Below are positions 48,362-61,224 of a stretch of DNA of 64,000 nucleotides, piece by piece (position 1 is the stretch's first letter; each line of letters starts with the position of its first letter). The notes under the pieces are model-generated. The model was not told the DNA's origin and did no database searches. It saw only the letters and a program-made list of their open reading frames with translations. Source of the stretch: Vitrella brassicaformis CCMP3155 (Eukaryota > Protista > Chromerida); assembly GCA_001179505.1 (NCBI GenBank), contig CDMY01000449.1, positions 1 through 64,000 on the forward strand, in the 5' to 3' direction. Position numbers and translations under genes: made by a program.

Positions 48362-51085
48362 CAGGTGCGTCAGAGGAGCTCATGCGGCTGGTTGTGACCA
48401 GCACAGCGGCAGGCTTCGGACAGCACTGGCTTGTGACGCGTCGAGACGTCACGGCCGATGAGCTGAAGGCGTCGCTGTGTCAAAAGATCGGCCTCGCTGC
48501 CAGCCAAATCAGTGTCGTCGTCAAGCCGGCCAATATGGTGCTGGAGGGCTGCAAAGGCCTGCGGTCGTGCGGCATTGCTCATGATAGCCAACTCGTCATC
48601 GGTAGTCTAAGAGAGACAGCAAGACAGTGGTCCTTCTTAACGCGTTGTGCCTCCATGTTGTGTATATCAATCTCCCGGAAGTGCCCACGTTGAGAGCGGC
48701 TGCCAGGGACGACAACCGGCAGGTGAGCAATGGCTGCATGCAATGGACAGGCGAGAAAACTCCTGTGTGTGAATGCGTTTTGGCCAACGCAGGCCCCGAA
48801 CCAGAGCGTCTCGGCCTCAGCGGCCCCTGGTCCAGCGTCTAGTGTCGATTCCCAAGTCCGAGGCCAGGGCGTGGCAGAGGGCGCCGAGCAATCGCGTCAA
48901 CACGAGCTGCACGTGAATCAGATCGATAGTGCGCCACGTGAGGAAGGCAGAGGCGGCCGTCCCGACGCATTTCCAGTGTCGATGTGTGTGTGTGTGCATT
49001 CCAGCCTCTGATCGCATGCTGGTGTTTCTTGCCGAGGAGCTCACGGCGGGCGACTCGTTGCCGGACGGGCGCAGGCGTTGGGCTGATGTCCATGGCGGCA
49101 AGCGACTCGCTGTCCCCCCGAGACACCAAACATGTGTCATCTGTGGATGTAACGACCAGACTTGCCACAAGCAGATGGATATCAGCTTGCCACAACCAGA
49201 TGGATATTTCCTGTGTGTGTGTGTGTGTGTGTGCGTGCGGCTACCAGGGGCGTTGAACGCCTTCGAGGCGAACCCGGGTCTCAGATACGAGGATGCCACG
49301 TCCGAATACCTCGTGAGCTGACAAGGGAAAGGAAGGCAGCTCCTTGAGTGATCTGTGGCTGGTTGTGTGCAGGTCATCTCAAACTGTAACACACCGGCGC
49401 ACACAAGACAATGATGGATGGATGGATGGATTCCATTAATCAGGTCCGTGCTCGGTCGTCCTGCATTTGAGCTGCCTGCGGCGACTCGTCGAAAACAAGC
49501 GGCTCGAGGAGGTTCAGGCAGAGAACCGTCTGGGGCAGGTCAGAGAGCAGCCAGTCGCACCTACACATGCGCTCGCAATTCTCGACTGTGTGTGTGTGTG
49601 TGTGTGTGTGTGTGCCCTTTGCTTGCCAGGAAGTGAACCGTGCCAAGGCTTCAGATGCCGAACAGAACAACACGACCATCGATGAGATTCTCAAGGAGGT
49701 GAGTCTATGTCGGTGAGGGCACGGAAGAACACAATCATTGCAGGGCGTCTTCCGTGTCACACACAGGATTCGCGGTACTCGGCTGTGCCCATCCCCTCCC
49801 AAAGCTGCGCTGCCAAGATGCAATGTCTATTCAATTGCCCAGGGTGAATTGTTCCAGCAATGGATCCATCAACTTGTCTGTCTTGTTGTTCTTGTTGTTG
49901 TTGTTATTGTCGTCGTCTGTTTGTTTCCGCAGGGAGCAGTCGGTGGTCCAGCTCTGTCAGTCGGTCGGTCGCCGAAACACACAAGCACTGCACACACAGA
50001 CAGGCAGCCACACACCTACATCGAGTGAGTGCATTGCTGTCCCCCCGCAGCTCTACACCCCGACCAACAAAAACCTTCTCGCCCTGGAGTGCCGTGAGCT
50101 GAAGCTGTCCGACCTCATCCCCGACACACTTCACCATCTGGCCAAGACGTGTGAGGAAATACGCCACGACCTGCGGGCGAGACAAGAGACAGTGCAGCTG
50201 AATGAGGAAGCCCTGGCGATGGCAGAGCGAGGTACGCCACACACACACAGAGAAAAGGGACTGCATTTGTCTCTGTGTTTTGCATGCAGCCGACGCTCTG
50301 AGGGTTTTCGATATTGGTACGGTTCAATCCACCGTGACAGAGAGAGGGACGCTGCTTTGTCTGCAGGCGACTGGAATGCCGAGACGATGGTCTATTCAAG
50401 TGTCCCGGCAGGGCTACCCGGCAGACAGGTACGGGCTCACGGCATTGTCGTACACTCACTCACTCACCATCTGTTTCTGCCAACCTGTTTCGTTGTCGGT
50501 CCTTGCAGATCGTAGACCGAAAGGTTCTCATTTTCCCCAGCACATACGCCAGCATCGAGTCGATCGAGTGCTGTCACCCAGGTACAAGGCCAGAAAGAAC
50601 ACACACAAATGTGTATCAGTACGTGTCTCACTGTACGGTACACTGATGGTCATCAATCGATGCATTGGTGGTGTGGCCAGGTTGTTCCAACCCCGCAGTT
50701 GTCTTCTGCTGCGGCGAAGTGCACGCGAAGCCACCACACATGCCTGTCGAGGTACGGCACATCCAGGCAATGCGCTCACAATCGATGGGGATGCGCATTT
50801 TTGATAGGAGTACGACGCCATCGCCGCCAAGCCCACCTACAAAACTGGTGAAACACAAGGAAAACAGGTGCAGGCAGGCGGCCAGAAATCGTTGTGGTCT
50901 CAGGTCATTGTGTGGAGCACTCTGGTCTGGCTGATGTGCCCGGCAACAACAGTGTCCTACGCTTCTGGCTGCTTCCAGAGACCAACCGCGCTACCATGGT
51001 CAGCGCGAGGAATGACAGATACTTGATGGAGAGCCTTTCTCTTTCCGATTCAGTGGTATTGTCCTTCTTGTCGCGCCGACGCTGA
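48362..51085 (+). CDS. Multi-exon hypothetical coding region beginning with a ubiquitin-like domain
   Basis: MRLVVTST...VTADELKASLCQKIGLAASQISVVVKPANMVLEGCKGLRSCGIAHDSQLVI has the beta-grasp pattern. Later exons include CVICGC and coiled-coil stretches. Gene limits uncertain; may continue into the next region. Confidence 0.4.
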
Positions 51086-51380
51086 GTCGTTCCCCCATGA
51101 CGACTGCTGCACAGACTGTGGCGTCAATCGCGGTAACATGATAATGACCTACACATCCCGTCTCTTGTCTTGACTGGCTCTTGGGCAGATGAGGAGAGCG
51201 TCTATCTTGCATGCGACACCACGGGTATCCTAAGATACACATATAGAAGCAAGAGACACAAGATGTGGGCTGCGAATGTGTCATCTGTGTGTCTGAGAAC
51301 CAGGCTGCAGCGGCACAATTATGTGCAGGTCAGCCACCAACCCACACACACACTCTGGTTCCCACACCACCCCTCTCTCA

Positions 51381-51417
<37 letters not shown>

Positions 51418-51699
51418 TGTGTCTCGCTCGCTAGTCACGAAGGGGTTGGAAGGAGGAAGTGCGACCAAGTGAGAGAGAGCCCTGTGGCTGACACAAGGCT
51501 GCTGCGCTTCTGTGTCTCACGCCTGATCAGTGCGTCCGCCAAGATCCTCAGCGCAGGAGGGGAGATGAGGATCCCCTGTGGAAGTAGGGAGGGGTATGGG
51601 AACGCACCCAGCAATCTCTCTGCACCGTCTTGTGTGGCTCTCTGTTAATGCAGGGACAGGAAAGAGAGAATGACAGGACAAATGCATACAAGTGACGGG

Positions 51700-54600
51700 C
51701 TCTACATATTGATCTGTGTCGCATTTGTGCGTCAGGGACTGCATTGTCTGTGGCGAGCCGCTGACGGGGCCTGACTTCGGTGAGACACTGAGCTGGTTCT
51801 TCCATCGATTATGTGCATGCCGCCCACCTTTGTGTGCAGTCCACTTCAATACTCTCGCCCCAGGGTGCCAATACAACCCAGAGGAGGGCAACAATCGCTA
51901 TGAGGGTACCCAAGCAGACAGAGACACAGCACTGGAATCACATTCTGACTTTCTGTCTGTCGTCTTTGTTCAGTAAGTGGCTACTTTAAACCAGCGGAGG
52001 CTGCATATTATCCCCCTTTCTCTTTCAGACGCTGTGGATGTTCGCGCATGCACCCACAGACGGCAGTCCGTCATGGTATGATACACACACGGCATGACAC
52101 GTAGGGGAATAGCTGTGTCACCTGTCGATCTACTGTCCATTCAGTTTGGAGAAGTGGTTGAGCCACCTGCGGTGAGGCTCGGCTCGGCGCTTCGCGCCTC
52201 ACCTTCGCAATGTTTGTTTTGTTTTTGTTGTGAGGCCTGGCGAAAATCGAGGTCTTGGGCCATTCTGCCGCTCATGCAACAAGCACCACGCGGTGACCAA
52301 CTTGCAAAAACGCAGCAAACACACACAGCCACACAGCAGTCCACCTCCTTTGGCTGTGTGGCTCGCCTTCGCAATTGCCTCTTGCAGATGTGTTTCTGGC
52401 AGTACCCACCCTGGGTAAGGTGAAGTCGCACATACACACACACACACACATACATGACTGCCGCATACACGCATTTGCTGCGTCTGATGTGTGTGCAGCC
52501 GCCACAGAAGACGGACTTTGCAAACGGTTCCAGCATCATCACGACAGAGGCTTGATAGTCGCAGCCCCATATCTTCCCTGCTCGTCAATGCAGACTCACT
52601 CGTGCAACCTGGACGCAAAGGCAACGACACGGGCGGAGTGGGGGGCGACTCCAGTGCCTTGGGGAGCATCTCACACCACTGCGGCTCTGCGTGTGTGTGT
52701 GTGGGGTGTGTGTGTGCAGGCAATGAGCTGCGCAAGCAACAACTCGCCGTGAGCGCATACCAGCCCATACAGCTTTTTGAGCACCGCCTTTTGTCTTCAG
52801 GCCCTCGAGCTGGCAGGGACGTCATTGTGGCCGGTCAGCAAGAGAAAGAACACACACTCCTCAACATGCAATGCCCCCACCCCTGTCTATTCCTTGCCTA
52901 TGTGTGCAGCTGACTTCAGGTGGGGCTGGCGACGGATAGCACTCAACCATTTGTTTGTCTCATCCATCCTGTCAATGAACAGAGAGCGAGTGGCCGGCTT
53001 ACGTCGCGGATCAGAGGCAGCGCGAGAGGGAGGACAAGAAGGCCGACAAGCGCCGCAAGGCAGGGCAGAAAAGACAGAAAGAGCGCAGTGCCGACGCAAC
53101 GGACAACGGCTGTGAGGTCAACTCTGAGGCGGACGGTAACAAGGCCTTTGCAGTCTGTCTCCAGGTGCGCTTTGACATGTGTCTTCTCTGGACTGTTTGC
53201 TTTTCTGGACAGGTAGAAGGAGGAAGGGTAAGCAAAGTGGCGCACGCAGGTGGTGCGATTGATTGCTCTTTTCGTGGCAGCAGCACCAAGCGACGATGAC
53301 ATGGAGTTGGATGCGGCAGACGAAGACGACGACAATGGCAGCGAAGCTGAAAGCCAGGTGTGCCTATCATTTCTCTAGGCACTGATATGTTTGAGTCGAT
53401 GTGTGGTTTTACCCTTCGCTCGGGTCAGGACGAGAGCCGTGCGTCGCGTGGTAGTCGCGTAAATGACGGCGACAAGACCTGCAGCCACCCTCTCCGTCTT
53501 GCGCTGTGTACAGGCAAACACAAGACGCACGAGGCCGCCAAGAAGGAGAAGAGGAAAAAACGTAAGACGACTCATCATCCCTACTAATCTCTTCTGGGCG
53601 TTCTGCGGTCGTGTCGCTCCCCGTCAGGCAACGACGCCCAGACCAGGGACGCAGCATCCGACTTCAGCCGTGCAAGAGCGAATGACGATGCCATGGCAGA
53701 CGATCATCGTGAAGGAGACGGCGAGCAAGAGCTAGAACAGGTGCGTCGCGTCGTGGCCAGGTAGACTCATGTCTTTTGTACTTGGCTTGTGTGCAGCTCC
53801 ACGATGATGACGGCGAAGGGCAGGGCAGTGGCGTGTCGGGTGCCGACAACGACGGCGGTGACCAGCCCAGTCGGCAGGCACGCTCTGGACCGCCAGAGGG
53901 GCACGTGTCGGGCCGTCCCGAGCTCGTCAAGAGAGCCACGCGCGTATGTGCACCATGTGTATGGCCACTATCGCTGCGTCTATGTGAGTTGTCTGACTGA
54001 TGTCAGGTCATGAGTTCCGGCTTCTCCTCGCTGATGGTTGAGCCCGAGTAAGGAGCGCAGAGCCAACGATGCTGTCAAGTGGATGCAGTAGTACGCTACT
54101 CCGTTCTTGTCTGCAGGTCTCCGTTTTCTCACTTCCAACCTTTCTGGACTTCGGAGGACCTCTCTAATGTCATGTACTTCGGAGTGAAGAAGGTAAAAGT
54201 CAGCTGAAGCCACGAGAGAACATGTCACCACGACGGCTCATGGCACTTGCTCTCGTGACCGTCTCAGATTCTTCTCGACGATATTCCCAACCGTCTGCAG
54301 AATTTGAGCAGGGAATTCTCAAAACGTAAGCAAGCAAGCAAACAAGGGAGGGAGGGAGGGAGGGAGGGAGGGCGGATGAGAGTTGCATGTCAAAACTGCC
54401 TTGTTTAGTGGTGGACGAGTTAGCCATGTGTGAGAGGATCAAAGATCGGCAAGAGCGAGAGCGGACCAGGACGGGCGTAGACCGGTACGGTGGATCCCTA
54501 CATGCCTCGCACGCACACGAGACAGACGACATACTTGTTCGCACACAGGAAGCTGCAGGAGCTCGGCGAGCAACTGGCAAGAGCTATAAAGCGACAAACG

Positions 54601-55177
54601 AAGTCTCAAGCTAAGGTAAGTGACGGGAGGGGCAATTGTGTGCATCTGGCATTGCTGACGTCACTGTATTTCTCATTGGCTTGGGTCAGGAGGAGGGCCG
54701 CGTGCGGATCGATGAGTTGGTGGGAGAGGTCAGCCTGGACGATTCAACCTTCACCACAGACTTCGAACTCCCCAAGAAAGAGTTGCGCCCGCAGGTACAC
54801 GTGACACATATGTCTCATCCATCCATCCGATTTGGATGGGGAGTCCAACACACACACATACACATGCACACACACGGAGACCACACATACACATGCACAT
54901 GCACGGAGACCACACACAGACACAGACATCAATCACGAACCCCCTTCTCTCCCTCTGGACATCTCTCTGCGTGCCGTTCGTTCGTTGTGCGTGCGCGTTC
55001 GTTGTGCCTGCAGGTGCGCTGAGACACATTGTATTGGGAGGGGGGCAGGCTGTTTGTCGTTGTCAGGACTCGCTGAGATCGGCTTGCGTCGAAGAGCTGG
55101 CCTTGTTGCTGGATAGGTTCCATCGTCAGCAGCTCCCGGACGACGATCCAGCGGCTGTGTCGGAGAAGCGCGAGTAA
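51700..55177 (+). CDS. Multi-exon hypothetical coding region with Cys/His-rich finger(s) and acidic low-complexity segment
   Basis: DCIVCGEPL...FFHRLCACRPPLCAVH, CRIH...CKRFQHHH, DDDMELDAADEDDD; final exon ...AAVSEKRE* at 55177. Confidence 0.4.
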
Positions 55178-55491
55178 GACTGCTTGGCATGCGAATGCAC
55201 TCATAAATGTCCCATTCATGTATGTATGTATGCATGTAGGCTGTATGGCGCACAGTTCGCAACCCCACGAAGAAACAAGGCTGCGTCTGATCGTGACGAG
55301 CGAGATATGAGATGGTACGTATGTCAGACACACTCGTGCACCACACACACGTTCATTCATGCCGTGTGCGAACAGGTTGCTCGAGTTCATCCTCAACGAG
55401 GACGAGCAGGCCCGCGCCAAGCATGACGGCTGGCAGAGCGGCACACTGAGCTATGTACGCAGACACAACACAACGAACACCATCTGGACCG

Positions 55492-58400
55492 ATGCGTGAC
55501 TTTTTGCACCAAACAGATCATCTGGTGGCTCTCGTCGGGCAGATGCATTGGTGGGCGCCTGTCGTTTTCGCATACAAAGCACCTTGTGTGTGTGTCTGCA
55601 TTGTGCCTTGCCCGCCGCCGTGTGTGAATGTGTACCGCAGCTGCGATATGTTTCCTGGATCAAGCCTTGGCCCAGCTCATTCAGGTGCGGTGATATTTGC
55701 CTTGGCCCCATTCAAAGCACAGATTGGCTGTCTCTCTCTCTGTGCTTGGTTGGTTGGTGGGTTGATGGGTTTGTTGTTCAGGAGGGTGAGCCTGCGTCCG
55801 AGAGGGCGAACGAGTCGACCCCAAGTCTCGCCTGGAGGCTCATATCCATCGTAAGCCAGCCAGCTGACAGCCGCACCCCTTCTCACTGTGTCTTGACGAT
55901 CACATCTACCTTTCCCTTCCCACGCACAGGTGCTGGACTCGGCCACCGTAGACGAACGAAGTCAGCAGCTCCCAAGTTTGCACGAGACGGTACCAGAGAC
56001 ACGCGTGCACACTGTGGGGCTGACAGCTGTGTTTGTATGTGGTGCTGTGGGGGCCCTCAGGAGCTGAGAGACATCCGCAAGTTCCGGAAAGTCTTGTTGC
56101 GATGCTACCAGGTGACATGCTGGTGGAAAGAGACGGACGAAGGAAGCTGCGTCTTTTCATGTGATCCTCAGCAAACTGAGGCGCTGTGCTATCGATGTGG
56201 CAAAGACATCGCCAGGTACCCGAAGCTACATCACACACGAGACGCTTCGCATCCGTGTGTGGATCTCTCTGGGTGTGTCTGGTGCATACGTGCAGCCACC
56301 CTGAGCAGAGCGGAGAAGGTGAGACTTGCCGACCGGTACATGGCGGACTTGTCCTCTGTGTGTGCCTCCACAGGAGTTGGTATCCCTAGGACCAAGAAAT
56401 GCCCATTACCGAGTGAATCCTTCTGTGACGGCATCGACAAGGTACATGAATGACACGCGCCTCACACGCAAATCCGCTTGGCACGTATGTATCGGAAACC
56501 AGGCGAGACTGCGGCATCTGGTGTACAAGCGGATCCAGGACTACAGAGAGCTGAAGGTGCCTTGGTTGTGATTTCACCTGCTGTTTACCTTTCGGTCTCT
56601 GACGTGTCTCTCTTTTGTCATTTTGCGTCTTTGCCTGTGACAGTCGTTGCTCGAGCTGATGCCCAACATAGGTGCGCGATGGTGGCATCAGTGGGAGCGC
56701 ACACACATTGGCATGTGCTTGGCATTCGCTCTCTCTGTCACACACAGATCTGATCCGAGCTGCGCTGCCGCTGAGGGCGTGGGCCGACCAGAAGGTGCCG
56801 CTGCTGGTGTACCTCCAGTAAGTGGCACGTGAGTCGACAGTAGATAGTTGATTGGCTTGTGTCTTATCCAAGGCACACGATGTTCGAGACGTGGCGATGT
56901 GAGCCAGGGGCGACGGCTCTCGGCCGTGGTGTCAAGGTGTGCGGGTAAGACTGACGAAAGGGCTCATGGCGTGGGATGAGTCGTGTGTTTGTGTGCAGGA
57001 AGCATGTCTTCGACACGTTCGGTGGCGGCGATTTTCAGGTCACAGCTCACACACACATTCACTCATGGCCACAGACATTTGCCGCGTCGTGCAGATGGAT
57101 TACGAGGGCATTCATGTCCAGAAGGCAAGAAGGAAAGAAAAAGAAAGACAGACAGACAGACAGACAGAGACACAGTGCACTGCGAGTGCACGTGAGTTAC
57201 TCAGAGACACACAGAGACGGGCACAGTAACGCACCTTTTCCGTCTCAATTAATTTTTACATGGAATCCCTCTTCAGGCACACCTGCAGGTCGACATCTTA
57301 CACTCTCATCTATGGCCATCCATCCATCGATTTATCCATCTGCAAACCAACCACACGCGACGTTTCCTTGTTTCTTGTTCCAGGAGGCAGACACCAACGC
57401 ATACGTCAACAGCATCATCAACCTGATCAAAGTCGCAAACAACAAGTTCGAGGGCCTCAACCAGGTAAAGAAAGGAAGCTGATCAGGTAGAGTGACACCA
57501 TCAATATCACACTTCAATCCCCCTCCCTGTGTGGGTACGGATGTACATGTATTAGGTCTACAATGAAAGCGTCTCACCGCTTTCGGCCGAAACCCTCCAG
57601 CGTTTTGCCGGTACTGCACAGACATCGTCTTGTAGCCATGGTGCACCTGTCGGTCTGTCTGTCTGTCTGTCTGTCAGGGATGGCATGGCTTGTTCGAAGC
57701 AGCAGTGAGCAGCCCACACTCGACTTCGCTGCTCTGGCTGGTGGCGACGTCCGCATTCGGACACTCCTCCAGAGCTTCGCACGAGTACCAAACACGCGAT
57801 GTTTCCTTTTCTCCGTACACACACAAAGTCAGTGTGGTTTGTGTGCGTGTGTGTGTGTGTGTGTGTGCTGTCGGACTCAGCTGTGTGACGCGCGGACAAG
57901 AGACCTGTACTTCGGCATACTCATCGCTAAGATTTCGGTATCCTTGATCCACATCCAAACCACTGCATGGACATGTGTGTCGTCTGCTTTACAGGAGGCT
58001 CGGTTCGGGGAGAGCGGCAGGAAGATCTTCACAGAAAGTCCTGTCCACCCAAGATCCAAACGGAATCTTGGGAATGAGGACGACTGCCCGACTCTCACAG
58101 CTCTTGCAGAATTTGTGTAAGTGGCTGCGACGTGATACGTGACGCGTGAGCTGTTGTGTCGTGCTGTGACAGGAATGAGGCCCAGCAGCACGTCAGCAAG
58201 GACCTCTTTGGCGTGAGTGGCGAGCAGCATTCGACCCATGCTATGAGAAGTAAGTCGTCAAGAACTCTCGACCAAGCTGAGCACACACAGCACACACAGC
58301 ACACAATGGTCATATGCGGGCGGCTTTTGTGTCTCTTGCCCATACCCTGAACAAAAGTGCGTTTGATGAGGTGAGCGGAGCACACGACCATCCATATGCA

Positions 58401-58710
58401 CGTCCTTGGATGATGCACGTTGTCTTCTCCTCCTTCTAGGATTCGCGACAAGATGTTCACGTTCAGTCGCATTCCCATACTTAGGTTTGCGCCCATCGGG
58501 GCGGACGCGCCGGGCATCAGAACTGGCGTGGACGCGCTGGATGCGTTGAAGCAACTAGTCAGACACGACAAGCTTTTCCGCGGGTACAACTTTACAAGGG
58601 AGACGAGAACAAACAAAGAGATGACACCCATCCGCACGAACATCGTACCGTACTATCTGCTGCACTTTGCCTTGCAGGATTCTGAAGTTGGTGTTCGACA
58701 GCTCGGCTGA
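55492..58710 (+). CDS. One or two multi-exon hypothetical genes
   Basis: Exons such as ELRDIRKFRKVLLRCYQ, ALCYRCGKDIAR, EADTNAYVNSIINLIKVANNKFEGLNQ and final IRDKMFTFSRIPIL...VRQLG*. Frames ambiguous. Confidence 0.35.
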
Positions 58711-58884
58711 GTCGTATCCGCCCTCGAGAGACGTCGACGGTGACCATTCACACTTTCAGGCTGCTCGTTTGCCTTTCACGTCTGTCTGCCTGTCTGCCTG
58801 CCTGTCTGTCTGTCTGTCTGTCTAGCTGAGAAGCGGCGAAACGGCGCAACGGCGAATCAGAAGCCGGTGAGAGGGGTGGATTGC

Positions 58885-60887
58885 CATGGCATCTCCTTGT
58901 TTCTTCGTTTGATTGTGATGGTACTCTGCAGTTTCCGATGTATCGCTTTTCCGAGGATGGACTCCTCATGTGCCTGAAGCGCATGCTGGGGCTGAGTGAG
59001 GATTTGTCCTTCCGCTTTCGGTTCCTAGGTGAGTGGGTCCGAGGGGAGCTTAACCACACACAAGCCCCGTCCTTTCAATTCTCTATCGTGGCAGACTCGG
59101 ACAGCTGCATGGAGTACTGGAAGATCCTCCAGCAGCAGGTAGCAAATGAATGCATCGCGTGTGTCTCAATTTGGAGAATGTGTGGATTGCCTGCATGTTG
59201 TGCCATCAGGACGACAAGCGCCCATTCATGTGAGTGGCCAGTGCCCACACGTGAGCCTGTAGCACCGTGGCATGTCTCCCATCGTCAGGTTCGGCCCCAT
59301 TCCGGGTTTCATCCGCGACATGACAGAGGTAAGCAGCCAGACAAAGGTCACAACATCGGGGACAAACACCTGTTGACTACATTCGTCAATTTCTTGCAGC
59401 CGGAGCTGTTGAAGTGCAACGAAAATGGCGTCGTAAGCCTCCCGCAGCGAGAGAGAGCGCTGCATCAAGAGACTTCAACTCAGTCCTCACTGATTTTGAT
59501 CCCTCAGGTCCAGTGGGACAAACCGGCCCCCAAAAACCGAGGCGGGAGATCAGGTAACGCTCTCGAGACTGTGTCCGACACTGCACACGGGGCTCACTTT
59601 ATGCTGTCTTGACGGGCATGCAGATGCGAGGGCTGCGGCCGCTGGCAAGAAACGAGCACGCAGCCAAGGTAAGGTGGCGGGCGGGGCGTCCACTGCAGCC
59701 TTTCCCTGGTGGTGGCGTTGCCGTTCAGCCCACTCCTCGACAGGGGAGCGAGAGCGAGAGGTCCGACAGCGGAGCGAGAGCGAGAGGCGGTATGAAAGGC
59801 GGAAGCAAGGCGGGGATTTGCCTTACGAGGTGACATTTCTCTTCGCCAAACAGGTCAGTACTGATGCCTACCACGCGCCGTTGACCAGTCGTGAGTGAGG
59901 CATGTGTTGCACCTTCACAGATGGCAAGTGCAGAGCGAGTGCTGTATCGCGCCGAGAGTTCGCGCCTCACTGCCGGTAGAGAGAAAGGACAGAGGAGGGA
60001 GGTGTGTCGCGTGTCGATGATGGGTTTTTTCGCTGTCCGTGTACTTCGTTTCAGAGAGGATGGGCTTCCTTCTCAGCTACGAGCCGCTTACCGTAAAAAG
60101 GGAAAGGGAGGGGTATCACCGTGCCCACGACAAGCCTCACGCGCCTTGCGTGTGTGCGTCTATGTACGGCATCATCAGGTGCACAAGGGCGCTTGGCGCG
60201 GGCACCAGGTGGGTGACGAATGCGAGAGAAGACGCGCCGTCTCAGTCTCACATGCCTGTGTGCTTGTTTTGTTTTTATGCTTATGCAGTATGTCGTCAAA
60301 CGGAAGAATGCCGGAAGCGGACGGCAGCAGATCGTGCACTCTGAGGCGATCACGACGCCTGCTGAGGTGAGCTTGGGCGTTGTGAAGGACAGCAAGAGTC
60401 TTTGACCACTTTGACCAGCTACGCTCGCTTCGCTCGCTACGCTCGCTACGCTGTCAGGTGAAGGAGCTGCCGGAGAGTCATTTTGACGACAAGGCGCTCC
60501 TGCTACTGGAGACGTAAGATGCGCAACAATGTGGAGGCCTCGCGTATGCACTTTCTTTGTCTGCACAGGTCATGCCAGACGGCTCTCAACGCATGTCTGC
60601 GAGTTGTGGGCATTGGCCCGGTTAGTGTTGTCGACACCGATGCGGCCGCCCCAGCTGCTGCTGCTGCTGGTGGTGCTGGTGAGGGTGCTGCTGGTGCAGG
60701 TGCTGCAGGTGCTGCAGACGATGTAGACATGGTGCCAGTCGTAGAGGCGGCCGCAGAGAATGGATCGGAGCAGCAGGATCATGGTGCGTGCAAGAATGGC
60801 ACTGTGACGATTAATGTGCATTGCTGCTCTCATTGTTGCTCTGTAGTCCCAGAGGGCGAGGGCGGCGGACAGGCAATGAGAGACTAG
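58885..60887 (+). CDS. Multi-exon hypothetical protein
   Basis: MPWHLLVSSFDCDGTLQFPMYRFSEDGLL..., many short exons, Ala/Gly-rich last exon ending at 60887. Confidence 0.35.
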
Positions 60888-61224
60888 CCACGGTAGGTTT
60901 GACCGAAGGATATTTGCTCAAGTGAGTTGATTCTGATGCAGGTCCGTCGCAAGCCGAAGTGGTCGGTGGCATGCGCATGCAAGCGCGCTTAGCATCTATG
61001 GATTGTCCTTCTTGCTGGATGTGTGCGTTGAGACGTTGACGTAGATTGAGACACATTCGGTAGGTAGGTATCAATGGACCGATCCAGCTGCCTCAATCAT
61101 GCCACGATCATGACGCATCAAAGCCTCGCCACATGGGAAAGTGAAAAAATCGTCGCGTCTCGCATGAAACAGGCTGACTCACATGGCCATGGCGTCCCTC
61201 ACTTGTGCTCTCATCAGCAGCCCC

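Noticed and set aside
60414-60452. 9-nt periodic CGCT(A/T)CGCT repeat
   Set aside because: Short intronic simple repeat in a genome full of microsatellites.
46464-60887. TET/JBP dioxygenase expected beside KDZ elements
   Set aside because: No convincing HxD...H...R arrangement seen in the exons I could read; needs a profile search.
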